A stretch of 44,019 bases of DNA from an uncultured delta proteobacterium (GTDB lineage: Bacteria > Myxococcota > Myxococcia > Myxococcales > Anaeromyxobacteraceae). Location of the stretch: the NCBI GenBank assembly GCA_963766715.1, contig CAVYBH010000018.1, forward strand, positions 1-44,019, in the 5' to 3' direction. The translations under genes were made by a program, and so were the position numbers. Each line of letters starts with the position of its first letter. Position 1 is the first letter of the stretch. Under the pieces are notes generated by a model, which worked only from the letters and a program-made list of their open reading frames with translations, made no database searches and was not told the origin of the DNA. Positions 21,439-31,536 of this stretch are shown piece by piece.

Positions 21439-22068
21439 GTGACCGCCGTCCTCCCGCTCGCCGTCGCTGCGCTCCTGTGCGCAGGGCCGACCGGGAGCCT
21501 TCGCGACGCCGGGGACCTCCGCGACGTCGACGCGGCCTGGGATGCCGCGGTGGCGTCGCGGGACCAGGCGGCCTTCCTGTCCCGCGTGGCGCCGGACGCG
21601 GTCTTCGCCGGCGCCGCCCTGCAGGTCGGGCGGGAGGCCATTCGCGAGAAGTGGGCCCGCTACTTCGTCGCGGGCGGCCCGACCCTGCGATGGAAGCCGA
21701 CCGACTCGGGGGTCTCGCCCTCGGGCGACCTGGGGTGGACCATCGGGGACGCCGTCTTCGAGTGGAAGGAGAAGGGCACGGCGCCTTCCCCGGGACGCTA
21801 CGTGACCGTCTGGGCTCCGGGAGCGGACGGACGCTGGATGGCGGTGCTCGACGCGCCGCTCGAGCCCTCGCCTCCGGAGAAGGCCACCCGCAAGGCCGTC
21901 CGGACAATCACCTCCCGCGACGGCTCGCTGGAGGCCTCCATCGGCACCTGGGAGCGGGGCGAGGGACCCTCCCGCGCGACGGGCGCCTTCCTCTCGGTGC
22001 GGGAACGGCAGGGCGGCGCCTGGCACACGGTCATCGACAGCGAGGTCGTGGCTCCGCCCGCGAGGTGA
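21439..22068 (+). CDS. Exported NTF2-like (DUF4440/SnoaL-type) protein
   Basis: Signal peptide; LRWKPT...SGDLGWTIG...GRYVTVW....DGRW..VLD. Confidence 0.7.
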   Translation: MTAVLPLAVAALLCAGPTGSLRDAGDLRDVDAAWDAAVASRDQAAFLSRVAPDAVFAGAALQVGREAIREKWARYFVAGGPTLRWKPTDSGVSPSGDLGWTIGDAVFEWKEKGTAPSPGRYVTVWAPGADGRWMAVLDAPLEPSPPEKATRKAVRTITSRDGSLEASIGTWERGEGPSRATGAFLSVRERQGGAWHTVIDSEVVAPPAR

Positions 22069-22133
22069 CCGGGCCGTACCTTCGGCCGGGCGCTTTCATT
22101 GCACCGCCGGCCGCGCCCGGATAACGACGCCCC

Positions 22134-22623
22134 ATGACCATCCCGATCCTGGCCGCGCTCCTCGGGGCGTCGGCTGCACTGAAGGTGGGGGACAAGGCGC
22201 CGGACTTCACGCTTCCCGGCACCGACGGCAAGCCGGTCACCCTCTCGACGCTGCTCCAGAGGGGTCCCGTGCTGCTGGCCTTCTTCCCCAAGGCATTCAC
22301 CCCCGGTTGAACGAAGGAAAATCAAGCGTACCGGGACCGGTACGCAGAGGTGGAGAAGAAGGGCGCCGAGGTCGTCGGAGTTTCCACCGACTCCGTGGAG
22401 ACGCTCTCGAAGTTCAAGGCCGAGTACAAGCTCCCGTTCGTCCTGCTGTCCGACGAGAAGGGAACGGTCGTCGAGCAGTACCCGGGCAAGATTCCCGATC
22501 CTGGGCGTCGCCAATCGCGCGACCTACGTCATCGGCCAGGACGGCCTGGTGAAGGAGATCATCACCGGCGGCGCGGCCATCGACCCGTCCACGGCGGTGT
22601 CGGCCTGTCCTCTCAGGAAGTGA
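22134..22623 (+). CDS. Selenocysteine-containing peroxiredoxin (BCP/PrxQ-like, AhpC/TSA)
   Basis: [13 protein letters not shown]...[12 protein letters not shown](22308-22310)-TKENQAYRD...VVGVSTDS...LPFVLLSD...[13 protein letters not shown] sits exactly at the PxxxTxxC peroxidatic position; one +1 indel near 22495. Confidence 0.88.
22326..22345 (+). promoter_or_regulatory. Bacterial SECIS-like hairpin
   Basis: GCGTACCG-GGAC-CGGTACGC: 8-bp perfect stem, loop starting with G, 23 nt between the UGA and the loop. Confidence 0.75.
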
Positions 22624-23515
22624 CCAGGACCCGGCGGACGACCGCGTCGCCCGCCGGGGTCTGGAGCCGCTCCCCCTCGCGCCAGTGGGCGCGGCGCAGG
22701 TAGCCCAGGCCCAGCCGTCCCTGGCTCGTCTCGGCCGCGCTCGTCACGAGCCCCACGTCCTTGTCCTGGAAGCGGAGCGCGGTCCCCGGACCCGCTCCAG
22801 GCGGCAGCTCGAGCTGGACGAGCCCCTTCTGGATGTGCCCCCGGACCGTGGCGCGGAGCACGACCTCCTGCCCCAGGTAGCAACCCTTCTGGAAGTGGAT
22901 GGCGTCGCGGGTGAGGGCGGCCTCCATGGGCAGCCGCTCGCCGTCCATGTCGGCGCCGAAGCGCGCCACCCCCTCCTCGATGCGCAGGGCCTCGAGGTCG
23001 GACGCGTCGAGATCGGCCGCGCCTCCGGCGACGAGCGCGGCCCGGATGCCGGCCAGGCGGGCGGCCGGCGCCACGACCTCCACGGCCTCGACCCCTCGAC
23101 GCGGCGTGGCGGCGATCGTCTCCGCGCCGCCCGCGGCTCGCGCCGCCTCGATCCCGGCCGGGCCCAGCACCGCCATCGCCTGCAGCGACGCCGACTCGTC
23201 GGTCACCTTCACCGGCGCCGCCAGCACGTACTTCCGGAGGTGCGCGAGCAGCGCCGGCACCTCGTCCGGCTCGGTGAGGAAGAGGAGGTCGTCCGCCCGG
23301 GCCACGGCCAGCCCTTCGCCGACGAGGTGCCCCCGCGTGTCGAGGAAGGCCGCGTAGGCGCTCTCCCCGGGCTGGAGCGCCGAGAGGTGCTGGGTGGACA
23401 TCCGGTGCAGGAAGTCGCGGGCGCCCTTCCCTTCCAGGCGCAGGATGCCTCGCCCCTCCACGGGGCCGACGGCGGCTGCGGAGCGTGCGGCGCGAAGCTT
23501 GTCGGCGAGCGTCAT
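22613..23515 (-). CDS. ygfZ: Folate-binding Fe-S cluster repair protein YgfZ (GcvT-like)
   Basis: KGCYLGQE signature; G.GARDFLHRMSTQ N-terminus. Confidence 0.9.
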   Translation of the reverse strand: MTLADKLRAARSAAAVGPVEGRGILRLEGKGARDFLHRMSTQHLSALQPGESAYAAFLDTRGHLVGEGLAVARADDLLFLTEPDEVPALLAHLRKYVLAAPVKVTDESASLQAMAVLGPAGIEAARAAGGAETIAATPRRGVEAVEVVAPAARLAGIRAALVAGGAADLDASDLEALRIEEGVARFGADMDGERLPMEAALTRDAIHFQKGCYLGQEVVLRATVRGHIQKGLVQLELPPGAGPGTALRFQDKDVGLVTSAAETSQGRLGLGYLRRAHWREGERLQTPAGDAVVRRVLVTS

Positions 23516-23539
23516 CGCCGCAGGATTAACCGCCGGCGC

Positions 23540-24403
23540 TCAGCCCCGCTGCGTCATCGCGACGCCGGCGATGACGAGCAGCCCGCCCACGACGAAGGAC
23601 GGCGTGAGGCGGTCGCCGTAGATCGCCCAGGCGAGCAGCGCCGTGAGCACCGGCTGGGTGTTCGACCAGATGGCCACCCGGCTCGCGTCCTCCCGGGCGA
23701 GGGCCCAGTAGTAGAGGAGGTAGGCGACGACGCTCGTGAGCACGACCAGGTAGGCGAGGCTCCACCAGCCCGGGGCGGAGAGCGCCCGGAAGTCGGCGAC
23801 GCGGGAGAACCAGAGCCCCACCGGGATGTAGAGGAGGCTCCCCGTGACGATGCTGATCCCCGTCGTGGTCACGACCCCGTAGCGCTCGGCGAAGGGCTTG
23901 CCCCACACGACGTACACGGCCCAGGCGACCACCGCGGCCAGCACCAGCAGGTCGCCCAGCAGCGCCCGCGACGCGTCGGCCTGTCCGGAGAGCTGCCCGC
24001 GCGCCACCAGCACCACCGCCGCACCGGAGAAGGCGGTGGCGATCCCGGCGGTCTTCCAGAGGCTCGATCGCTCCTCCCCGCGCAGGAGCGCGAGGACGAA
24101 GACGAAGATCGGCGTCATGGCGTAGAGCAGCGCCGCGTGGCCGGGCGTGGTGAGGGAGAGCCCGAAGAGGAAGAGCCCCTGGTTGAGGGGAATGGCGATG
24201 AACCCGAGGGCGGTGAGCCGGAGGAGGTCGCCGCGCGCCACCCGCTGGGGCCGCGCCAGCAGGAGCGCCCCGTAGATGATGCCGGCCAGGGTGAAGCGCG
24301 CCAGCGCGACCTCGAACGGCGAGAGCTCGAGGAGCGCCCGCTTCGCGAAGAGGTAGGTCCCGGCCGACAGGGCCGAGTGGAGCAGCATGGCGAGATCGAT
24401 CAA
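23540..24403 (-). CDS. DMT/EamA family transporter
   Basis: Two EamA-like halves, ~10 TM; TTG start overlaps the queG stop (ATG 24388 is the alternative). Confidence 0.85.
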   Translation of the reverse strand: MIDLAMLLHSALSAGTYLFAKRALLELSPFEVALARFTLAGIIYGALLLARPQRVARGDLLRLTALGFIAIPLNQGLFLFGLSLTTPGHAALLYAMTPIFVFVLALLRGEERSSLWKTAGIATAFSGAAVVLVARGQLSGQADASRALLGDLLVLAAVVAWAVYVVWGKPFAERYGVVTTTGISIVTGSLLYIPVGLWFSRVADFRALSAPGWWSLAYLVVLTSVVAYLLYYWALAREDASRVAIWSNTQPVLTALLAWAIYGDRLTPSFVVGGLLVIAGVAMTQRG

Positions 24404-25401
24404 GGCGCCGGCTCCGCCATCCGCCCGATGGCCCAGCGGGCCGCCTCGGCCACGCCGGGAAGCTCGCTGCCGAGCAGCCGCCGGAGCTCGGGCAGGAGCC
24501 GGGGATCGCGCGCGCCGGGCGCCGCCAGGGCCGCGTTCCGGACGAGGCCGGCGTGGCCGGCGCGCGCCAGCGCCGTCCCGTAGAACCGGGCGCGGTACTC
24601 GTCGGGCGTGAGCCGGAGGAGCGGGAGCAGCTCGAGCGAGGGATGGCGCACCGGCAGGAGCTCCGGGTCGCTCACCGAGCCCGCGCCCCGGTTCCACGGG
24701 CAGGCCGTCTGGCAATCGTCGCAGCCGAAGCCCCATCGGCCCAGCCGCTCCGCCACGCCGTCGGGCACCGGGCCGCGCCGCTCGATGGTCTGGAAGGAGA
24801 GGCAGAGCCGCGCGTCCACCAGGCCCGGCTCGGGGATGGCGCCGGTGGGACAGGCCGGCATGCAGGCGGAGCAGTCCCCGCAGCGCTCGGGATGCGGGTC
24901 GTCGGGGACGAGATCGCGGTCGAGGAAGACGGTGGCGAGGAGCACCCAGCTCCCCAGGTCGGTCGTGATGAGGCAGCCGTTCTTGCCGACCCAGCCGATC
25001 CCGGCCCGCTCCGCCCAGGCCTTCTCCATGACGGGTCCGGCGTCGACCGAGAGGAAGGTGGCCACGCCGGGATCCCGCTCCCGGAGGCGCGCGACGAGCC
25101 CCTTCAGCTTCCGCTTCAGCACGGTGTGGTAGTCGCGCCCTCGCGCGTACCGCGCCACCCCGGCATGGCCGGCCGGCGGCGGCGTGGACTCCCCGGAGTG
25201 CGCCACGGCGAGCGCGATCACGCTCCGCGCGCCGGGCAGGAGGCGGCGCGGGTCGAGCCGCTCGGCGCGCTGCGTCCGCAGCCAGGCCATGTCGGCCTCG
25301 GCGCCGCGGGCCAGCATCCGGTCGAGCGGCCCCGGGTCGAGCGCCGTCGCCCGGGCGATGCCGGCCTTGTGGAAGCCGGAGGCGAGCGCCGCCTCCTTCA
25401 C
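24400..25401 (-). CDS. queG: Epoxyqueuosine reductase QueG (start approximate)
   Basis: YARGRDYH, EKAWAERAGIGWVGKN, CGDCSACMPACPTGAI, FGCDDCQTACPWN. Confidence 0.92.
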   Translation of the reverse strand: MKEAALASGFHKAGIARATALDPGPLDRMLARGAEADMAWLRTQRAERLDPRRLLPGARSVIALAVAHSGESTPPPAGHAGVARYARGRDYHTVLKRKLKGLVARLRERDPGVATFLSVDAGPVMEKAWAERAGIGWVGKNGCLITTDLGSWVLLATVFLDRDLVPDDPHPERCGDCSACMPACPTGAIPEPGLVDARLCLSFQTIERRGPVPDGVAERLGRWGFGCDDCQTACPWNRGAGSVSDPELLPVRHPSLELLPLLRLTPDEYRARFYGTALARAGHAGLVRNAALAAPGARDPRLLPELRRLLGSELPGVAEAARWAIGRMAEPAP

Positions 25402-25457
25402 GAACGCGCTGTCGAGGACCCCGGACGTGGCGCCGCTCCGCTGCTCTTCCTCGAGAC

Positions 25458-26381
25458 CTAGCGGGCGTCCCGCGTGGCCGAGGCCGGCAGGAACCGCCGG
25501 ACCGCCATGCGCACGAGCACCGCCGCGGGCGCGCCCACGATGGCGCCGAGGACGATGGCCCAGAGCGACGGGATGACCGCCTGGCCCGGCGTGACGTTGT
25601 AGCTCACCACCAGGCCGAACCCGAGGGCCACGCCGGCCGCGATGGTCGCCCCGGAGTCGCGACGGCAGCGGACCTCGCCCACCGCGGCGAGCACGAGCGC
25701 CAGGATCGAGAGGATCCAGGCGAGCCGGTGCGGGAGCCAGTCGCGGAACAGCTCGATCCGCAGCGGCGCGGTGGAGAGCCCCTGCACGCGCTCGAGCTTG
25801 ATGTCGGTCGCGCCGGCCGGGAGCGTCGCCTCGAACCAGTCGGCGTCGTGGTCGTGGGAGACCTTGGCGCTCCCGCCGCGACCGACGCGGGCGAAGCCGG
25901 TCGTCCGGCGAAGCTCGCCCTCGACCGGCTTCTCGAACCCGCCGAGCCGGAAGTTCACGACGGGCTCCGACGCGCCGCCGAGGCGGGTCGACACGAGGAG
26001 CAGGACCTCGCCCTTCGTCCCGGGCGGGATGGTCTGCGTCTCGCCGACCCGGGTCAGCTCGGCCACCAGCTGCGGCTCGCCGGGGTGGACGGCCTCGTAG
26101 GCCGGGACGGCCGCCACCGCGAAGGCCAGGATCGCCGCGGCGACGAGGAGCGCGCGCGTGGCCATCCCGACGGACGGGGAGAGCGCCGGGCGCAGGACCA
26201 TGAGTGCGAGGACGAGCGGCACGAGGACCGCCACGATCCCCCCGACGGCGGACTCGGTGAGGAGGCCGGTGAACCAGAACACGGCGACGCCCACGACGAT
26301 GGTCAGCCCGAACGACGGGAAGAACCAGGGGCGGATGAGCCCCTCGAGCGGGTTCTCCTGGGGACGGGTTTCTTCGGACAT
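25458..26381 (-). CDS. Hypothetical multi-pass membrane protein with a central soluble domain
   Basis: ATG 26381; three N-terminal and three C-terminal TM segments; intact ORF. Confidence 0.7.
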   Translation of the reverse strand: MSEETRPQENPLEGLIRPWFFPSFGLTIVVGVAVFWFTGLLTESAVGGIVAVLVPLVLALMVLRPALSPSVGMATRALLVAAAILAFAVAAVPAYEAVHPGEPQLVAELTRVGETQTIPPGTKGEVLLLVSTRLGGASEPVVNFRLGGFEKPVEGELRRTTGFARVGRGGSAKVSHDHDADWFEATLPAGATDIKLERVQGLSTAPLRIELFRDWLPHRLAWILSILALVLAAVGEVRCRRDSGATIAAGVALGFGLVVSYNVTPGQAVIPSLWAIVLGAIVGAPAAVLVRMAVRRFLPASATRDAR

Positions 26382-26407
26382 GTTCTCGGTTCTCCGGGAT
26401 CGAAAAA

Positions 26408-26435
26408 TGGACAGGATCGATATCGCCCATACCAT
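26408..26435 (+). promoter_or_regulatory. Sigma70-type promoter of the DNA methyltransferase, probably leaderless, containing GATC
   Basis: TGGACA-N16-TACCAT, 8 nt before ATG 26444; GATC at 26398 and 26415. Confidence 0.5.
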
Positions 26436-26443
26436 GCGTAGCA

Positions 26444-27319
26444 ATGGCGCGCCGACTCGATCTTCACGACTGGGACGACCTTCCGGGCACCGAGGACAGT
26501 GGACCCGGCTGGGCGATGGTCCTCGGGAACAGCCTCGAGGTGCTGGAGAAGATGCCGCCCCGGTCGGTCGACCTGATCTTTGCGGACCCTCCCTACCATC
26601 TGTCGAACGGCGGCACCACCTGCCAGGCCGGGCGTCGCGTCCGGGTGGACAAGGGCGGGTGGGATCAGTCCCGCGGCGTGGAGGCCGACCACGCCTTCCA
26701 GCGCGGCTGGCTCCAGGCCTGCCGGCGGGTCCTCAAGCCGTCCGGGACCATCTGGGTCTCCGGCACGCAGCACGTGATCTTCTCGGTCGGATACGCGATG
26801 CAGGAGCTGGGATTCCACCTCCTCAACACCGTCACCTGGTTCAAGCCCAACGCGGCGCCCAACCTGGCCTGCCGGTTCTTCACCCACTCCACCGAGATCC
26901 TCCTCTGGGCCGCGCCCATGCGGTCGAAGCCGCTCGCGCACCGCTTCAACTACCGGGACATGAAGCAGCAGAACGGCGGCAAGCAGATGCGCGACCTGTG
27001 GGAGGTCGCCGAGCGCCCCGAGCCGGACGGCACGCAGGTGGTCTGGCCGCTGCCCACGCCCGGTCCGCGCGAGAAGGTCCACGGACGCCACCCCACGCAG
27101 AAGCCGCTCGCGCTCCTCGAGCGCGTCATCGCCGCGAGCACCACCGAGGGCGACCTCGTGCTCGACCCGTTCTGCGGCTCCGGCACCACCGGCGTGGCCG
27201 CGGTCCGCGCCGGGCGTCGCTTCCTGGGCGTCGAGATGAACGAGGAGTACCTCGACCTCGCGGCCCGCCGGATCCGCGCCGTGGAAGGGTCGCCCGCCGT
27301 CGAAGCCCGCGCCGGCTAG
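26444..27319 (+). CDS. Orphan beta-class amino-DNA methyltransferase, DpnA (M2.DpnII)-like
   Basis: FADPPYHLSNGG..VDKGGWD, APNLACRFFTHSTE, GKQMRDLW, HPTQKP, DPFCGSGTTG; DPPY precedes FxGxG. Confidence 0.88.
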   Translation: MARRLDLHDWDDLPGTEDSGPGWAMVLGNSLEVLEKMPPRSVDLIFADPPYHLSNGGTTCQAGRRVRVDKGGWDQSRGVEADHAFQRGWLQACRRVLKPSGTIWVSGTQHVIFSVGYAMQELGFHLLNTVTWFKPNAAPNLACRFFTHSTEILLWAAPMRSKPLAHRFNYRDMKQQNGGKQMRDLWEVAERPEPDGTQVVWPLPTPGPREKVHGRHPTQKPLALLERVIAASTTEGDLVLDPFCGSGTTGVAAVRAGRRFLGVEMNEEYLDLAARRIRAVEGSPAVEARAG

Positions 27320-27430
27320 CGTTTCCGTGGCAGCACCCGGAAGGGTTCGCCCTCCGTCCGTCACATCCTCCCGGCCACTGCCTCCATTCCTGCGAACGGA
27401 TTCGAACCCCGACGCGGAACGGAGAACGCC

Positions 27431-27631
27431 ATGACGACCCCGAGCCAGAACCAGACCCCCCTGCACTTCACGGTTGGAACCGGGCGCGGCTGGAAGGACG
27501 CCTTCGTCGTGACGTCGCTCGTGATCGTCCTGGGCGCGTTCATCGCCCAGATCTCCTCCACGCCGAAGGCCGGGCAGGCCGTCGAGCGCATGACCTCGGC
27601 GGCCACCGCGGTGACCGGGGGCAACGGCTAG
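27431..27631 (+). CDS. Small single-TM protein, 66 aa
   Basis: GGAGA RBS; one hydrophobic helix; G/C-ending codons. Confidence 0.6.
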   Translation: MTTPSQNQTPLHFTVGTGRGWKDAFVVTSLVIVLGAFIAQISSTPKAGQAVERMTSAATAVTGGNG

Positions 27632-28434
27632 GTCAGCCAGGCCGTCCGGGCCTGTTCGGCCAGGACGCGCGCGCGGGCCACGAAGGGGGCGAGCGCGTGG
27701 AAGCGCTCCCCGCCCACCGGCGATTCCGGCCAGGCCCCGCTCCCGCCGAGCACGAGCGCGACGCCGGACTCCTGGCATGCCGCACCCAGCACCGTCGCCT
27801 GCCGCTGCAGCGCCTCGGGCTCGGTGGAGGCGGCCGACGCCGACACCGCGATCATCTCCGCCTGGCGCTGGCGCGCCACCCCTGCGAGGTCCGCGGCGGG
27901 GGTGTCCTGACCGGCCCAGAGCGTGGCCCAGCCGGCCTCCCGCAGCGCCACCTCCACCAGCGAGAGCCCGAGCGAGTGCCGGTCGCCCTCCGCGCAGGCC
28001 AGCATGCACCGCGGGGCGCCGGGGGCCACGGGAAGCGCGTCCCCGATGCGGGCGAGCGCGCGGGAGAGCCGCTCCGAGGCGAGGTGCTCCTGCACGATGG
28101 TGACGGTTCCGTCTCGCCAGCGGCTGCCGATCTCGGCCAGGGCCTCGCCGAGCATCTCGACCACGGCGAGCCACGAGCCCAGCCGCGATCGCTCGGTGAG
28201 CAGCCGGGCCTCCACGCCCAGGCCGTCGCTCTGGAGGAGGAGGTCGACGAAGGCCTTCGCGGCCGAGCCCTGCGGTGACCTCAGGAACTTCTCGACCTCG
28301 GATCGGTGGAACCGGCGGTGGCCCCCCGCGGTGCGAACGCAGGCGATGAGCCCCTGATCGGCCCACCGCTTCACGGCGGTCGGTCCCACGCCTGCCAGGC
28401 GTCCCACGTCGACGGTGGAGAGTAAATCGTCCAT
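27628..28434 (-). CDS. Cobalamin-binding transcriptional regulator (Xis/BldC-like HTH plus CarH/LitR-type B12 domains)
   Basis: N-terminal TAVKRWADQGLIACVRTAGGHRRF; W-x9-EH (WRDGTVTIVQEH), DxHxxG (DRHSLG), GQDTP, AVSA, VLGG. Confidence 0.85.
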   Translation of the reverse strand: MDDLLSTVDVGRLAGVGPTAVKRWADQGLIACVRTAGGHRRFHRSEVEKFLRSPQGSAAKAFVDLLLQSDGLGVEARLLTERSRLGSWLAVVEMLGEALAEIGSRWRDGTVTIVQEHLASERLSRALARIGDALPVAPGAPRCMLACAEGDRHSLGLSLVEVALREAGWATLWAGQDTPAADLAGVARQRQAEMIAVSASAASTEPEALQRQATVLGAACQESGVALVLGGSGAWPESPVGGERFHALAPFVARARVLAEQARTAWLT

Positions 28435-28521
28435 ATCGTCCTGTACACTTACAGGGTATATCCAGTTCTTTCAAGGCAAAGTAGAGTTGCGGAGTCGATT
28501 AAGGCGATTTAGATCCGACTC

Positions 28522-29563
28522 ATGAGCCTGGGAATCGAGCTGGCCGAGAGGGGTTTCGTTCCGTCACCCGTCGTCCGGATGGGCATCCGCCGCCTGCTCC
28601 GGAGCCGTATCCGCGAGGAGGAGCGCCGTCACGCCGACCGGGAGTCGGCGCTCGCCCGCTTCATCGCAGGCATGGCGGGCGCCGACGTCGCGCCGGTTCC
28701 CGCGCTCGCCAACGAGCAGCACTACGAGGTGCCCGCGGCGTTCTTCCGCACCGTCCTCGGCTCGCGCATGAAGTACTCGAGCGGCTACTGGCCGGAGGGG
28801 GTGGCCACCCTCGACGCATCCGAGGAGGCCATGCTGCGTCTCACGGCGCAGCGGGCCGGCATCGAGGACGGACACCGCATCCTCGAGCTGGGCTGTGGCT
28901 GGGGCAGCTTCTCCCTCTGGGCCGCCGAGCACTTTCCCTCCTCGAAGGTGGTGGGGGTGTCCAACTCGGCGAGCCAGCGCGCCTTCATCCTCGGCGAGGC
29001 CCACCGCCGCGGCCTCGACAACCTCGAGATCGTGACCTGCGACATGAATCGCTTCGAGGCCCAGGGCGCCTTCGACCGGGTGGTCTCGGTCGAGATGTTC
29101 GAGCACATGCGCAACTGGCCCCTGCTCCTGCGCCGGATCGACCGCTGGCTCGCTCCGGGGGGACGGCTCTTCATCCACGTCTTCGCCAGCGCGCGGTTCG
29201 CCTACCTCTTCGGGACCGAGGCGGACGACGACTGGATGGGGCGGCATTTCTTCACCGGCGGGATGATGCCCTCCCACGACCTCCTCCCCCGGGTGGCAGG
29301 CCCGTTCACGGTCGAGGAGCACTGGGTCGTCCCGGGCACGCACTACGCCCGGACGTCGGAGGCGTGGCACGCAAATCTGCGTGGCCCACCACGACGCGGC
29401 GGTGGCCTCGCTCGTCGGCCCGCTCTCCGTCGAGGAGGCGCGCGTCCAGGTCCGGCGGTGGCGGATGTTCTTCCTGGCCTGCGCCGAGCTCTTCGGCTTC
29501 GACGGCGGACGCGAGTGGCACGTCTCGCACTACCGGCTCTCCCGGGCGGGGGGTTCCCCGTGA
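28522..29563 (+). CDS. SAM-dependent methyltransferase, cyclopropane-fatty-acid synthase family
   Basis: [64 protein letters not shown]; indel near 29385. Confidence 0.85.
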
Positions 29564-30799
29564 AGATCGCGGTCGTCGGCTCCGGCGTCTCGGGCCTGGT
29601 CTCCGCGCACCTGCTCGCGCGCCGTCACGACGTCGTGCTCTTCGAGGCCGACGACCGCATCGGCGGCCACACCCACACCTTCGACGTGACCGAGGACGGC
29701 CGGAACGTCCCGGTGGACACCGGCTTCATCGTCTTCAACGAGCGGACCTACCCGAACTTCGTGAAGCTGGTGCGGCAGCTCGGCGTCCCCTGGAAGGAGA
29801 GCGACATGAGCTTCTCCGTCCGGAGCGACCGGCGCGACTTCGAGTACGGGAGCCCCGCGCTCGGCGCGCTCTTCGCCCAGCGGCGGAACCTCGTCGACCC
29901 GCGCTTCCACCGGATGCTCTACGACGTCTTCCGCTTCTACCGGGAGGCCAAGGGGCTCCTCGACGAGGGCTCCGAGGTGCCGCTGCTCGAGTGGCTGGAG
30001 GCGCGCGGCTACTCGAAGGCGTTCGTGGAGGACCACCTCCTCCCGCTGGTCGGCTCGGTGTGGTCGTCCTCGTGCCAGGGGGTCCGCGAGTTCCCGGCCC
30101 GCTTCCTGGCCCGGTTCTTCGACAATCACGGCTTCCTGGAGGTCTCCCGGGCCTTCCCCTGGCTGACCCTCGAGGGCGGGTCGCGCCAGTACGTGCGCGC
30201 CATCCTGGACGGCTTCCGCGGCGAGGTCCGCACCTCGTCGCCGGTCGAGCGGATCACGAGGAACGACGGGGTCTCCGTGAAGGCCGCAGGGCCAGGCCCC
30301 CGAGCGCTTCGACCACGTGGTCGTCGCCGCCCACGCCGACCAGGCCCTGCGCATGCTCGCGGATCCGTCCCCGCTCGAGACCGGCCTGCTGGGCCAGTTC
30401 CCCTACCGCGCGAACAAGGTCCGCCTCCACGTCGACGACCGCATCATGCCGCGGCGCAAGAAGGCCTGGGCCTCGTGGAACTACCACCTGGACGAGGCCG
30501 GCTCCGACGGCGCCACGGTGACCTACTGGATGAACCGTCTCCAGCGCCCCGATGCGAGGCGCGACTACTTCGTGACCTTGAACCGGGACGGGGCGGTCGC
30601 CGACGACCGGACGCTGCTCGACATCACCTACGACCACCCGGTCTTCACCCCCTCCGGGGTGGCCGCCCAGCCGCGCCACGGCGAGCTCATCGGGCATCGC
30701 GACACGAGCTATTGCGGCGCATACTGGCGGAACGGCTTCCACGAGGACGGGGTCGTCTCGGCCCTCGCGGTCTGCAAGACGTTCGGGGAGGTCCTGTGA
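29560..30799 (+). CDS. FAD-dependent oxidoreductase (UfaD/RSP_1091-like fatty acid desaturase family)
   Basis: [59 protein letters not shown] overlap with the upstream gene; indel near 30297. Confidence 0.85.
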
Positions 30800-31536
30800 G
30801 CGCGCTCTCGAGCGCCATCTACTCGGGGACCGTGTCGCACGCGCGGCGCGTGCCGCGTCCCCACGCCTTCTCCTACCGGATGTACATGCTGTACCTCGAC
30901 CTCGACGAGCTCCCCGGGCTCGGGCTCGGGGCCTTCTCCCGCTCGGACTTCCTCGGCGATCCCGCCCGCGACCTGGCCACCGAGGTGCGCGACCGGGTCG
31001 AGGCGGCGCTCGGTTTCCGGCCCGGCGGCCCGGTCCGCCTCCTCACCCACGTCCGCTCGCTGGGCTACGCCTTCAACCCGGTCAGCTTCTACTTCTGCTT
31101 CGACGCGGACGGCCAGACGCTGCGCGCCGTGGTCGCCGAGATCACCAACACCCCCTGGAAGGAGCGGCACGCCTACGTGCTGCCGGCCGGCCCCGGAGGC
31201 GCGTCCGCCCGCTTCGACAAGCAGTTCCACGTCTCGCCCTTCTTCCCGATGGAGCAGACCTACGAGTGGAACCTCGGGGAGCCCGGGGATCGCCTCCGCG
31301 TCGAGATGGTGAATCACGAGAAGGGCGCCGAGGTGTTCCGGGCCGGCCTGGCGCTCCGGCGCAGCGACTGGACCCCGGGCGCGCTCCGCCGCGCCACCCT
31401 GCTCCAGCCGCTCATGGCCTGGAAGGTCCACGCCGCCATCTACTGGCAGGCCCTTCGCCTCTGGGTGAAGGGCGTCCCGTTCCACGTCCACCCCGCCAAG
31501 CGCGCGGCCCCGGCCGCGCCGAGGAGCCAGCCATGA
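30796..31536 (+). CDS. DUF1365 family protein (UfaO/RSP_1090-like)
   Basis: [63 protein letters not shown] overlap. Confidence 0.88.
   Translation: MSALSSAIYSGTVSHARRVPRPHAFSYRMYMLYLDLDELPGLGLGAFSRSDFLGDPARDLATEVRDRVEAALGFRPGGPVRLLTHVRSLGYAFNPVSFYFCFDADGQTLRAVVAEITNTPWKERHAYVLPAGPGGASARFDKQFHVSPFFPMEQTYEWNLGEPGDRLRVEMVNHEKGAEVFRAGLALRRSDWTPGALRRATLLQPLMAWKVHAAIYWQALRLWVKGVPFHVHPAKRAAPAAPRSQP

Noticed and set aside
22308..22310. Nonsense mutation making the peroxiredoxin a pseudogene
   Set aside because: The stop falls exactly on the catalytic residue and is followed by a SECIS-like hairpin, favouring selenocysteine.
17303..24583. Long antisense or alternate-frame ORFs (for example 17303-18904, 18708-20399, 22685-24583)
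   Set aside because: Shadow ORFs expected at this GC content; Arg/Pro/Gly-rich, no motifs, and overlapping well-supported genes.
28522..31536. 1004-aa methyltransferase-oxidoreductase-DUF1365 fusion in the ORF track
   Set aside because: Created by indels; the true stops and GTGA overlaps are visible at 29560-29563 and 30796-30799.
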